Positions 40,827-50,380 of a DNA stretch of 64,000 nucleotides are shown in pieces. This DNA comes from Candidatus Latescibacterota bacterium (GTDB taxonomy: Bacteria > Latescibacterota > UBA2968 > UBA8231). The position numbers and the translations under genes are program-made. The notes beneath the pieces were generated by a model. It was not told the DNA's origin. It was given only the letters and a program-made list of their open reading frames with translations, and made no database searches. The first letter of the stretch is position 1. Each line of letters starts with the position of its first letter. Location: NCBI GenBank assembly GCA_965243025.1, contig CBDETY010000003.1, positions 416,001 through 480,000 on the forward strand, written 5' to 3'.

Positions 40827-41940
40827 CGGGACACGACACTGATGAGCGGACTGAAGCGACAGCAGAACAAGGGGAGGGGTCGGCTGAATGCGGAGGAGTA
40901 CCGCGAGCTGTTCGAGGAGTGCCACGAGGCCATGGCGATCATCGCCCGCGACGGGACCATCCTCGACGCCAACCACGCCGCCAGCGAGCTGTTCGACTGG
41001 CCCCATGCCGAGTTCCTCGGCCTGAACATCCTCTCCGTCTACGCAAATCCCGAAGACCGCGCCCGCTACCAGGAGCAGGTCGAGCGCGACGGGTACGTCC
41101 GCGACTTCGAGGTCGTCTTCGTCACCCGCGGCGGGCGCCGGCTCGACTGCCTGCTGACCACCGTGGTGCGGCGCGCCGCCGACGGCCGCGTCATCGGGTA
41201 CCAGGGCCTGGTCCGCGACGACACCGAGCGCCGGCGCATGGACAGGGAACTGCGGGAATACCACGAACAGGTTCGCGCGATGGCTGCCGGGTTCGTCGCC
41301 ATCGAGGACCGCGAGCGGCGGCGCATCGCCGTCGACCTGCACGACCGCGTCGGCCAGACCCTGGCCGCGTCGCAGATGAAGATCGATGTGCTGCGGCGGG
41401 CGGACGGGGAGGCGCGCCAGGCCCTGCTCGAGGACCTGCACGGCCTGCTCGACCGGACGAAAAGAGAGCTGCGCACGCTGGTTTTCGAGCTCAGTCCGCC
41501 GGTGCTGCACGACTTCGGGCTGGTGGCCGGCCTGCACTCGCTCGCCGGGCACCTCGAGAAGGAGCACGGGCTGCGGGTCAGCCTGGAAAGCGAGGGGGAC
41601 TGCGAGGTGGTGGACGAGGGTCTGCGCGCTACGCTGTTCCGCTGCCTTCGCGAGCTGTTGCTCAACGTCGCCCGGCACGCCGGCACGGACGCGGCGGTGG
41701 TGTCCCTGCGCCGCGACGAGAGGCAACTGAGCCTGGCGGTCGCCGACCGCGGCCGGGGCTTCGAGCCCTCTCCGGATGGAGCCCGGCAGGGCTTGGGTTT
41801 CGGCCTGTTCAGCATCGGCGAATGCCTGAGTCAGGCCGGCGGTACCTTCGCCATCGAATCGGCCCCGGGGCAGGGGACGCGCTGCGTGCTGGCGGTCCCT
41901 TCCTCATCCCTGGGGTAAAAGGAGAACTCCCGATGACGAC
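40827..41940 (+). repeat. Segmental duplication, copy 1 (copy 2 at 49271-50384)
   Basis: Near-identical DNA from CGGGACACGACAC to the regulator start; roughly a dozen differences by eye. Confidence 0.9.
40842..41918 (+). CDS. Cytoplasmic PAS + HisKA_3 histidine kinase (copy 1)
   Basis: PAS domain, ERRRIAVDLHDRVGQ H-box, ELLLNVARHA, DRGRGF, GFGLFSI; no TM helix. Confidence 0.92.
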   Translation: MSGLKRQQNKGRGRLNAEEYRELFEECHEAMAIIARDGTILDANHAASELFDWPHAEFLGLNILSVYANPEDRARYQEQVERDGYVRDFEVVFVTRGGRRLDCLLTTVVRRAADGRVIGYQGLVRDDTERRRMDRELREYHEQVRAMAAGFVAIEDRERRRIAVDLHDRVGQTLAASQMKIDVLRRADGEARQALLEDLHGLLDRTKRELRTLVFELSPPVLHDFGLVAGLHSLAGHLEKEHGLRVSLESEGDCEVVDEGLRATLFRCLRELLLNVARHAGTDAAVVSLRRDERQLSLAVADRGRGFEPSPDGARQGLGFGLFSIGECLSQAGGTFAIESAPGQGTRCVLAVPSSSLG

Positions 41941-41991
41941 CGCGTGGCCTTGACCAGGTACGCGGTCAGCACCGGGCTCACCACCCCGTAG
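41933..41991 (+). pseudogene. Response regulator collapsed to 59 bp
   Basis: ATGACGAC start joined directly to the 3' end (ALTRYAVSTGLTTP*) of the NarL gene. Confidence 0.8.
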
Positions 41992-42104
41992 CTGCCCTCT
42001 TCGGGGCGGTCACTCCTTCCGCTTTCGGCTCCCGACTCCATAAGCCCCCCGGGAGCCCGCGGCGCCGGACTTTTTCCGGGCCAATCCCCCGTTTTTCGGA
42101 AATG

Positions 42105-42215
42105 TCACCCGATCGGGTGACAGAAAAATCACCCGATCGGGTGACAGAAAAATCACCCGATCGGGTGACAGAAAAATCACCTGATCAGGTGACAAAAAAT
42201 CACCTGATCAGGTGA
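42105..42215. repeat. Array of 5 palindromic 16-bp boxes
   Basis: TCACCCGATCGGGTGA x3 (42105, 42129, 42153) and TCACCTGATCAGGTGA x2 (42177, 42200); periods 24,24,24,23. Confidence 0.95.
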
Positions 42216-42405
42216 TGCGGGAGCCGTCCGTCCGGTGCGATCTTTAAATCCAGGACGAACGATAGGTCGAACAACGGTTTCCAAGAACAGAGGTTGGATC
42301 CTCGTGGCTGTTATCAACAAAAGGAAGCATTTATCGCTGGCGGCGCGACTTTCTCCCGGTAGTCGTTCCAGCCATTCCGAATCCAACCGGGGCGCAAGGA
42401 GGCAC

Positions 42406-42648
42406 ATGATGCCACGCTTTGTGAAGCACCTCGCAGCGGCAGTCCTGCTGGCTGGTGGAGTCCTTCTGGCTGGCACGACGTTCACGTCCTTCGTGGACGC
42501 TCATGGCAAGCCGGGCTCGTACACGGAGTGGAGCCATGGACACACGAACAGTTCGGCAAGCGCGTGCGCCTACAGCTGCTCGCAGTTGGGGCATAACGAC
42601 TCGAGTTTCGATTGCCCTAACTGCTCATGCAAGGATTCGGAGTGGTAG
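42406..42648 (+). CDS. Small secreted Cys-rich (defensin-like) peptide
   Basis: SD AAGGAGG, signal peptide ending VDA|H, CAYSC...G...C..CSC. Confidence 0.65.
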   Translation: MMPRFVKHLAAAVLLAGGVLLAGTTFTSFVDAHGKPGSYTEWSHGHTNSSASACAYSCSQLGHNDSSFDCPNCSCKDSEW

Positions 42649-42747
42649 TAAACTCTGGACCTTCTGCGTGGGGTAGAAAAAAAGCGTTGAGGTGGATGAA
42701 GTTCCTTAAGGGCTTCATCCATCTGTTTTTGGAAAGGAACCAAAAAA

Positions 42748-43683
42748 ATGAAACACCTGATCGTACTGCTCATATGGACCGCCGCAGCCGCAGCTCACAG
42801 CGGGGATCGTCTGTATCCCATCTATGAGCTTACGGATGAAATGCTGGCAACGATTGACTTGCATGATGGGCTGATTGACGAATGGTACGACATAGGGGAG
42901 CCCAGTATGTCGCTACTGGATTTTCAGACTTTGTTCAATGCGATCCCTGCTGATCCGTCCAACCTGGATTTTCGCATTTGGCTGGCTTGGCATGACGAGT
43001 CGAATCGCATTTATGCGGCTTTCATCATCATTGACGATGTATACAACAACGCACATAACCATACGGAGGACAACCTGAATTCGGCCATGCTTCAGTTTGA
43101 CAGTGTACTCTTCAACCTCGATGCAGATCACAGTGGAGGTGTTGGAGAACGGAGAGGGGTAGATCATACCGAGGAAGAGTTGATAGGTATTTTTGGCAGT
43201 ACGCAGCGCTATACCGTTATAGCTCGAACTGTAATCGGTCCTGCGTTGGACAACCAAATAAGAGTGGGCAACTCCCCAACCTTGTCTGACCGCGGACTAC
43301 CCAACTCATGGAAGGTTCATCCTCCCTATGGAGATGCGGGAGGAACCGCAGCTGGAGAAAATCCTACCGTCAGCGTAATCGAGATGTATGTCACACCATA
43401 TGACTGGTGGGGGGCGTGGGATGACGTAGACCAAACCGAATTCAGTGAACTGTCTGCGCACCAGGTAATAGGTTTTGCCATCATGATTAACGATATTGAC
43501 GAAAGAAAGCGCGGAATGGGTCCTTTTTGGCTTCCAGTAGATATATTCGCTGAACGCATAGATGATGGTGATCTTCTGAATAACATGGCTGATGGCTTTC
43601 TGGATGGGGTGCTGTTGCCCGCTCAGGAGACGACCGCCGTCGAGTCCGTTTCCTGGGGCCGCATCAAGGCCTCGCTGTGGTAG
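42748..43683 (+). CDS. Secreted CBM9/DOMON-like WGRIK-tail protein (paralog 2)
   Basis: AAA|HSGDRLYP, DGLIDEW, IWLAWHD, DADHSGG, EMYVTPYD, TAVESVSWGRIKASLW. Confidence 0.78.
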   Translation: MKHLIVLLIWTAAAAAHSGDRLYPIYELTDEMLATIDLHDGLIDEWYDIGEPSMSLLDFQTLFNAIPADPSNLDFRIWLAWHDESNRIYAAFIIIDDVYNNAHNHTEDNLNSAMLQFDSVLFNLDADHSGGVGERRGVDHTEEELIGIFGSTQRYTVIARTVIGPALDNQIRVGNSPTLSDRGLPNSWKVHPPYGDAGGTAAGENPTVSVIEMYVTPYDWWGAWDDVDQTEFSELSAHQVIGFAIMINDIDERKRGMGPFWLPVDIFAERIDDGDLLNNMADGFLDGVLLPAQETTAVESVSWGRIKASLW

Positions 43684-44538
43684 TGACCCTCTTCGTCCTT
43701 CTGCTTCCTGCTCGCTTACGCCAATGCGCACGATCTGGACGGGAGCGTATACTGCTCCCGGGACGGCGAGGCCCGCCGGCTGTCCGGTTTCGGGGCGGTC
43801 GCCCCGGTATGGTCGCCGGACGGCGAAATGATCTGTTACTTCCAGCACACCCATGATGAAAACCTGTTCCATTTCATATCGCCTGCCGGAGAGCTGCTGC
43901 AGACCGTACCCCTTCCTGCGCCGCTGACCGTCGCGGCAGACCTGACCTGGCATCCCGACGGCGAGGTCACCTTCGCCGCAAGCCAGGGAGAGTCCTATGA
44001 CATCTACAAACTGACCCCCGAAGGACAGGCCGAGCTCATCGTGTCGGATGGGATTCAGCCTGCCTGGTCGCCGGATGGCCTGTCCCTGGCCTTCACTACG
44101 TACCGGGACAGCAACCTGGAGATCTACCTTGCGGACCATGAGGGGCGCCTGCGGAATCTGAGCCTTCACCCGAGCCCCGATGCCCGTTCTTCCTGGGCGC
44201 CGGACGGAACCCGCATCGCCTTCGAAAGCAACCGTTTCGGCAATCCGGATATTTTCGTAGTGGAGGTGGCCAGCGGGGACATAACCCGTCTGACCAATCA
44301 CCCGGGCAAGGATTGGAATCCGGTCTGGTCTCCGGACGGCCGCAAGATCGCCTTCGTTTCCTCACGGTACGAGGACAACCGGATCTACATCATGAACGCG
44401 GATGGAACCGATGTCAGAAGGTTTTCCCAAGGACATGCGGGCGATTGGCAACTGGCCTGGTCCCCTGACGGGAAATGTCTCTGCTTCGTCTCCAGCCGAC
44501 CGGAACCGTTCTTCGACTGGCTCATCCGATTGTTCTGA
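43677..44538 (+). pseudogene. TolB-like (PD40) beta-propeller, +1 frameshift in the signal-peptide coding region
   Basis: Repeated P.WSPDG..iAF.S motifs; CTGCTTCCTG here vs CTGCTCCTG in the 7455 copy disconnects the GTG start; ORF from 43828 remains open. Confidence 0.75.
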
Positions 44539-44605
44539 ATTGAAGGAACGGATGCGACGGACGGGGCGGCGGCTCTGGCCGGTCGCACCTACTTGAGTCT
44601 GGAGC

Positions 44606-44668
44606 TCCCCTGATCAATGGACAAAAAAATCACCCGATCGGGTGACAAGAAATCACCTGATCAGGTGA
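44606..44668. repeat. Array of 2 perfect + 1 degenerate palindromic boxes
   Basis: TCCCCTGATCAATGGA (44606), TCACCCGATCGGGTGA (44630), TCACCTGATCAGGTGA (44653). Confidence 0.9.
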
Positions 44669-45042
44669 TACCGGAGCCGTCTGTCCTGTGCGATCTTTCA
44701 ATCAGGACAAACGAAAGACAAAGATGGCATGGTTTCGCAGAAATGAGGCAGGGCGGCAGAAAGGAGAAACCGCGACGCGCGCACGTTGCTGCCCCATGCA
44801 CCCAGGAAGACGAATTTGAAATCGGCCTTACGCGGAAGGTTGTCTCGCTCCTTATTGTAGTACGACTGTGGAAATTCCTTTCCTGGCAACTCTATGGGAG
44901 AAAGGCCGATGGAAGAGATAGAACCGGGTGGTGGCAGAAGGACTCAGACGTTTACATAATCACAGATCATGAATGGAGACAGAACCAAATGGCTTTGAAG
45001 AAAACTCCACAGTAGAAATCCCTAACCGAAGGAAGGCACACC

Positions 45043-45972
45043 ATGATCTCCGTCCGATGCAACGCTGCATGGCTCACCGCCTTTTGTCTCTGTCTGCCGG
45101 CACTGGCTTTGGCGCACGTGGGCGACCGTATTTATCCCATTTCTTATCTCAGCGACGATATGCTGGAACAGATCGATCTCAAGGATGGTTTGGTGGATGA
45201 ATGGTACGAGGTGGTCGGAGAGCCGTCTATGACCTTGCTGGACTTTGGCGAGGTAGATCAGGGATCACCCGATCCTTCCGACTTGGATTTCCGCATCTGG
45301 CTGGCCTGGCACGATGACCCGGCCCGGTTCTACGTAGCCTTCGTGGGCAGCGACGATATTTATAAAAACGACCATGATTACAACGTCGACGAATTCTCTG
45401 TACAGGACCATATGGATCAGAATGACGGTATCAGCCTGGTGATCGATGGAGATCACGGCGGCGGTGCGGGTTGTGAAAAAAGTGGCTGCACGATGGAAGC
45501 GGCAGTCGAGACCCGTGAAAGAAGCCAGAGATACGACGCCATTGCCCATACCCCTGACGGCCCGAAACTGGATGATTCTTACACCAGATTTTCGACAGGA
45601 GGGTTGGCCTGGAATGCCTTGCCACCCTACGCCGATTCCGGCGGCAGCGTGGTCGGAGAAAACCCGACAATCAGCGTGATCGAACTCTATGTCACTCCGT
45701 TCGATTATTGGGCGTATGATGACATCGAAGGGAGCATGGTAAGCGATCTGACCGCAGGACAGGTCATCGGCTTCGGTATCACGGTGAATGAATTCGATCC
45801 GCCTGATATCAACTGGGGGGTCCCTTGGGTCGAAGGAACGCAACCTGCTGATCATTTTTGGGATATGCTTCTGCTGAAAGCCGACGGTTATCTCGACGGG
45901 CTGCTGTTGTCCGCTGGAGACACTGCGGTCGAGGCGGTTTCCTGGGGACGGATCAAAGCCTCGCTGCGGTAG
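45043..45972 (+). CDS. Secreted CBM9/DOMON-like WGRIK-tail protein (paralog 3)
   Basis: ALA|HVGDRIYP, DGLVDEW, IWLAWHD, DGDHGGG, TAVEAVSWGRIKASLR. Confidence 0.78.
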   Translation: MISVRCNAAWLTAFCLCLPALALAHVGDRIYPISYLSDDMLEQIDLKDGLVDEWYEVVGEPSMTLLDFGEVDQGSPDPSDLDFRIWLAWHDDPARFYVAFVGSDDIYKNDHDYNVDEFSVQDHMDQNDGISLVIDGDHGGGAGCEKSGCTMEAAVETRERSQRYDAIAHTPDGPKLDDSYTRFSTGGLAWNALPPYADSGGSVVGENPTISVIELYVTPFDYWAYDDIEGSMVSDLTAGQVIGFGITVNEFDPPDINWGVPWVEGTQPADHFWDMLLLKADGYLDGLLLSAGDTAVEAVSWGRIKASLR

Positions 45973-46027
45973 TAGTGACCATTCTCGTCCTTCTGCTCGT
46001 CACTCTATCACGTAGCGTGACCGTACC

Positions 46028-46405
46028 ATGGCTATCCGGGTTGCTGCAGACGACCATGAAATGCTGCGGGATAATGTCAGGGAGTTCCTTGCCGGGCAGG
46101 ACGGCATTGAAGTGGTCGGAGAGGCGGTCGATGGAGAATCCGCTCTGGACCAGGCGGGCATGCTGCAACCGGACGTCGTCGTCATGGACATCAGGGCATT
46201 CCGGGCGGCGGCGGGGTAACTGCCACCCGGAAGATTCGCGCCGAACTGCTTGGTGCGGGTGGTGGCCCTTTCCATTCACAGCGAAAGGATCTACCTCCAA
46301 GCGATGCTCGTTGCGGGTGCATCCGGGTAAGTCGTCAAGAATTCGCTCGTTCGCCACCTTGTCCCGCGATCCAAAGCATTGCGGCCGGCAAGCAGTTACT
46401 TCAGC
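46028..46405 (+). pseudogene. Decayed response-regulator receiver gene (paralog of 54352-54783)
   Basis: MAIRVAADDHEMLR...PDVVVMDI, then frameshifts and stops; DNA similarity continues (GTGGTGGCCCTTTCCATTCACAGCGAAAGGATCTAC). Confidence 0.8.
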
Positions 46406-46468
46406 GAATAGGCGGGATGGTCCAGAGACTATCCAGCTTTTGCGAGCTGTTCACAGCAGGAGAATGAC

Positions 46469-47418
46469 ATGCATGTGATCCTTCTTTCAGCCGTGATCGC
46501 CTTGTTCGGCCTGGACCCCGTCCTCGGGCACAGAGGCAACCGGGTTTATCCGTTCTACGAGATAACCGACGAAGCCGCAATCGACTTGACCGATGGAACA
46601 AATAGAAGACTGGGAAGAGTTGTTCGGGGAGCCCTCCCTGACGAGGCTCGATTTCACCGCGTTCGAAGACCAGGCGCGAGTACGAATGGAATACGATCCA
46701 TCCCACCTTGACTTCCAGATCTATCTGGGCTGGAACCGGGTTTCCGACCGCATCTATGTGGGCGCCATCTGCATCGACGACGTGTATGTGGGAGAGGAGG
46801 GATATTCTTCGAATTATCTGGAGCGAGCGGGTGAGGATCATGTCTCTCTACATATCGATGGCGATCACGACGGTTCGACCGCTTGGGAAGACGACTTCGT
46901 TTACGACAGGCAGAGTGACGATTCGGGACTTGTGGATCAAAAGGCACAGCGATACGCCGCTTTACCGCTGCGCCGGGAGACTTCGCACGTCGGCTTGCCC
47001 TTTTTGGAAACGTATTTTGAGGGTGAACCTTGGTGGGGGTACCCTCCCTACGGAGACGGGGGCGGCTCCGTTGTCGGAGAGAACCCCGTGGTCTGGGTCA
47101 CCGAGTTTTACGTCACCCCGTTCGACCGGTTGCTCAGGAAGGAGCCGGAAAACAGTTTGGTCTCGGATCTAGTTGCGGAACAGGTTGTCGGGTTTTACGT
47201 GTACGTTGGCGATTTCGATGAGCCGGGTACCCATGGGCCGGGTAGCAAATTTGCGCGCGAGTATCACGTGATCGGAATCTACGACGTAGTCGATTCGTGA
47301 CCTTCCCGATGAGGGCATGATGGATGGCCTTCTGCTCCCTGCGAACGGCATCGGCCGCGGCGACTCCGCGGTAAAACCCGACTCGTGGGCGCGCATCAAG
47401 GCGAGCTTCTCGCAATAG
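46469..47418 (+). pseudogene. WGRIK-tail paralog 4, two frameshifts (about 46600 and about 47295)
   Basis: VLG|HRGNRVYP...DLTDG / IEDWEELFGEPSLT...DGDHDG...EFYVTPFD / MDGLLLPAN...SAVKPDSWARIKASFSQ. Confidence 0.78.
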
Positions 47419-47574
47419 GAGGACATCATGAATGTCTTAATCTTAATGAAGTTCGCAGCGGTCCCGGTCCTCGGTCGGAACAGGCGCCTTGAAGGGCTGC
47501 CTTGGCGGAGATGCCCTTGCCGGGGCGCTTGGGAATCGGGAGAATCATCGCGGAGTGCACGCCGGATTGAACCT

Positions 47575-48540
47575 TTGAAACGGTTTCTGCTTCCTGTCAC
47601 TTACATCCTGTTTTTGTCGCTCACCCCTGGACCCGTCCTTTCCTGCTCCTGCGAGCCTCCGGGGACCCCCCCGGAAGAGTTGGCGTCAAAGGATGCCGTG
47701 TTCACAGGGCGGGTAGTGGAGATTGTCGAGAAGATCGCAGACATCGAAGACCTGTCGATTCCGTTCGAACGATCTATCGAAGATCTGTCGATTTCGTTCG
47801 AACTATCCGCGGTGTGGAAGGGTGAGCTTCAAAAGGATGTCGCCATCCGGACCGGATTGTGGGACGCTCTCTGCGGCTACCACTTCGAACTGGGTGAGCA
47901 CTATCTCGTGTACGCCTATTCCTCGGGGGATGGGGTCCTGAACGCCGGAATCTGCAGCCGTACGAACGTGCTCGCAGTAGCAGCCGAGGACATGGAGCAG
48001 CTTGGGGAGCCGGTCTCTCGCTGGCATCTGAACGACGATACAGAGGATTTTCTGGCCCTCCCGGAAATCCTGGGGAGGTGGGAGATCGAGTCCGGCATGG
48101 AGAATGGTGCCAGTATTCCGCATTCACCTGCCGGGTGGCGGCTCCTCGAATTCAGGGCGGACGGCGCCTGTGTCGTCAACATGGTTCTACCGAACCTTCT
48201 CGTCATTGCAGAATTCCCGTACGCCAGGGAACGGACCCTCCTGTTCGGGGACGAGAAGTGGCAAAAGGTCGTTCTCAGCCCGATCCAATCCGCTTACGTC
48301 GACCGAGGAAAGGGCTGGGGTGGCGAAACCTTCCAGGTCTGGCCGGAGTTCTTCTTGGCCCTGAGCGGTGATGGCAAACTGGTCGCCATTGTTGAGAACC
48401 TTGGCATACTGTCGGTCCACTCCTTCAGGAGGACGGATCGCCCGATCTATTCAGTCCCTCCCGATGGACAGGTGACCTCTGTTGCCCCCATGACCTGGGG
48501 AGGGGTCAAAAAAGAGAGCCTTCAACCCTCACCAAACTGA
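47575..48540 (+). CDS. Secreted TIMP/NTR-like domain protein with TWGGVK tail
   Basis: TTG start, signal ending VLS|CSC; AVFTGRV, CGYHFELGEHYLVYA, CSRT; tail TSVAPMTWGGVKK (ORF open from 47428). Confidence 0.7.
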   Translation: MKRFLLPVTYILFLSLTPGPVLSCSCEPPGTPPEELASKDAVFTGRVVEIVEKIADIEDLSIPFERSIEDLSISFELSAVWKGELQKDVAIRTGLWDALCGYHFELGEHYLVYAYSSGDGVLNAGICSRTNVLAVAAEDMEQLGEPVSRWHLNDDTEDFLALPEILGRWEIESGMENGASIPHSPAGWRLLEFRADGACVVNMVLPNLLVIAEFPYARERTLLFGDEKWQKVVLSPIQSAYVDRGKGWGGETFQVWPEFFLALSGDGKLVAIVENLGILSVHSFRRTDRPIYSVPPDGQVTSVAPMTWGGVKKESLQPSPN

Positions 48541-48794
48541 ATCCTTCTTCCTCACCCCAGCGACGACGGCTTTGCAGATTCAGGGGGCATTCGCGCATCC
48601 CCCTCCACGATCCGTGCGGAGGCTTTTCCGATTCACGGGGAAAGTTCCCAATTTGGGATAATTCGTCCTGCTCTGAGAGATTTTTTTTCAATCGATCAAC
48701 CCTACCTTGGTGATGCCGACGGACTCCATTTCGACGCTTTCCGTGCCCCACGGCTCGTTGTCCTTCTCGGAGGAAAGGAAGTCGAGGGGAAAAA

Positions 48795-48984
48795 CCGAAT
48801 TGTCCAACCAGGACAATCACCCCGTTACTGGGGTTCGGTCAGCGACCGGGCCGAGTCCAGGACCCCGTTCAGCACCGTGTTGAATTCGAGGCTCTCGTTG
48901 ATGCGCAGACTGGACTGACTCAACCGGGGTCAGGCGCTCCGGGAGGGCCTCGTTGTCCCGTTCCATCTTCTCAGCCGGTTTCAT
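48795..48984 (-). pseudogene. N-terminal relic of a GAF-type sensor kinase
   Basis: SD AAGGAG + MKPAEKMERDNEAL.ERL / LSQSSLRINESLEFNTVLNGVLDSARSLT / GVIVL across two frameshifts. Confidence 0.6.
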
Positions 48985-49285
48985 CCTCTCCTTTTCTTGT
49001 CAGGGGCCTGATTTCAAGCCAAATCTCCCAAAATGCCCATTTCCACCCGGTTTCCACTAAAAAACCACTGAAATGGACCTTGTTTCCACCGGTTCATCAC
49101 TCATGGGCAATTATATTATCGACCCGGTTTATTCGGGTCGCAGCCTGTTTCCTGGGCGGAGTCCCTCAAATCGCACGGCTGCAGAATCCGGGAGGGGTGC
49201 GAACGCGCCAGTTACTACCTCACGGACAACCATAATCCAACAACTCGGCGCAGGATTTCCCAAGTCAACCCGGGACACGACACAG

Positions 49286-50380
49286 ATGAGCGGACTGAAG
49301 CGACAGCAGAACAAGGGGAGGGGTCGGCTGAATGCGGAGGAGTACCGCGAGCTGTTCGAGGAGTGCCACGAGGCCATGGCGATCATCGCCCGCGACGGCA
49401 CCATCCTCGACGCCAACCACGCCGCCAGCGAGCTGTTCGACTGGCCCCATGCCGAGTTCCTCGGCCTGAACATCCTCTCCGTCTACGCAAATCCCGAAGA
49501 CCGGGCCCGCTACCAGGAGCAGATCGAGCGCGACGGGTACGTCCGCGACTTCGAGGTCGTCTTCGTCACCCGCGGCGGGCGCCGGCTCGACTGCCTGCTG
49601 ACCACCGTGGTGCGGCGCGCCGCCGACGGCCGCGTCATCGGGTACCAGGGCCTGGTCCGCGACGACACCGAGCGCAGGCGCATGGACAGGGAACTGCGGG
49701 AATACCACGAACAGGTTCGCGCGATGGCTGCCGGGTTCGTCGCCATCGAGGACCGCGAGCGGCGGCGCATCGCCGTCGACCTGCACGACCGCGTCGGCCA
49801 GACCCTGGCCGCGTCGCAGATGAAGATCGATGTGCTGCGGCGGGCGGACGGGGAGGAGCGCCAGGCCCTGCTCGAGGACCTGCACGGCCTGCTCGACCGG
49901 ACGAAAAGAGAGCTGCGCACGCTGGTCTTCGAGCTCAGTCCTCCGGTGCTGCACGACTTCGGGCTGGTGGCCGGCCTGCACTCGCTCGCCGGGCACCTCG
50001 AGGAGGAGCACGGGCTGCGGGTCAGCCTGGAAAGCGAGGGGGACTGCGAGGTGGCGGACGAGGGTCTGCGCGCTACGTTGTTCCGCTGCCTTCGCGAGCT
50101 GTTGCTCAACGTCGCCCGGCACGCCGGCACGGACGCGGCGGTGGTGTCCCTGCGCCGCGACGAGAGGCAACTGAGCCTGGCGGTCGCCGACCGCGGCCGG
50201 GGCTTCGAGCCCTCTCCGGATGGAGCCCGGCAGGGCTTGGGTTTCGGCCTGTTCAGCATCGGCGAATGCCTGAGTCAGGCCGGCGGTACCTTCGCCATCG
50301 AATCGGCCCCGGGGCAGGGGACGCGCTGCGTGCTGGCGGTCCCTTCCTCATCCCTGGAGCCAAAGGAGAACTCCCGATGA
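49286..50380 (+). CDS. Cytoplasmic PAS + HisKA_3 histidine kinase (copy 2)
   Basis: Near-identical to 40842-41918; ATGA overlap with the regulator. Confidence 0.92.
   Translation: MSGLKRQQNKGRGRLNAEEYRELFEECHEAMAIIARDGTILDANHAASELFDWPHAEFLGLNILSVYANPEDRARYQEQIERDGYVRDFEVVFVTRGGRRLDCLLTTVVRRAADGRVIGYQGLVRDDTERRRMDRELREYHEQVRAMAAGFVAIEDRERRRIAVDLHDRVGQTLAASQMKIDVLRRADGEERQALLEDLHGLLDRTKRELRTLVFELSPPVLHDFGLVAGLHSLAGHLEEEHGLRVSLESEGDCEVADEGLRATLFRCLRELLLNVARHAGTDAAVVSLRRDERQLSLAVADRGRGFEPSPDGARQGLGFGLFSIGECLSQAGGTFAIESAPGQGTRCVLAVPSSSLEPKENSR

Noticed and set aside
42010-42195. Repeat-derived ORFs (MSPDQVIFLSPDRVIFL..., also 53920-54189)
   Set aside because: Artefact of the 24-bp period; the 23-bp unit breaks the frame, and conservation is of DNA symmetry rather than protein.
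42105-42215. Palindromic repeat arrays as CRISPR
   Set aside because: Spacers are only 7-8 bp, A-rich and nearly identical; repeats are 16 bp; no cas genes in the window.
43633-43683. Tail sequence as an integron attC site
   Set aside because: No RYYYAAC/GTTRRRY pair or long imperfect palindrome; the sequence is coding; no integrase in the window.
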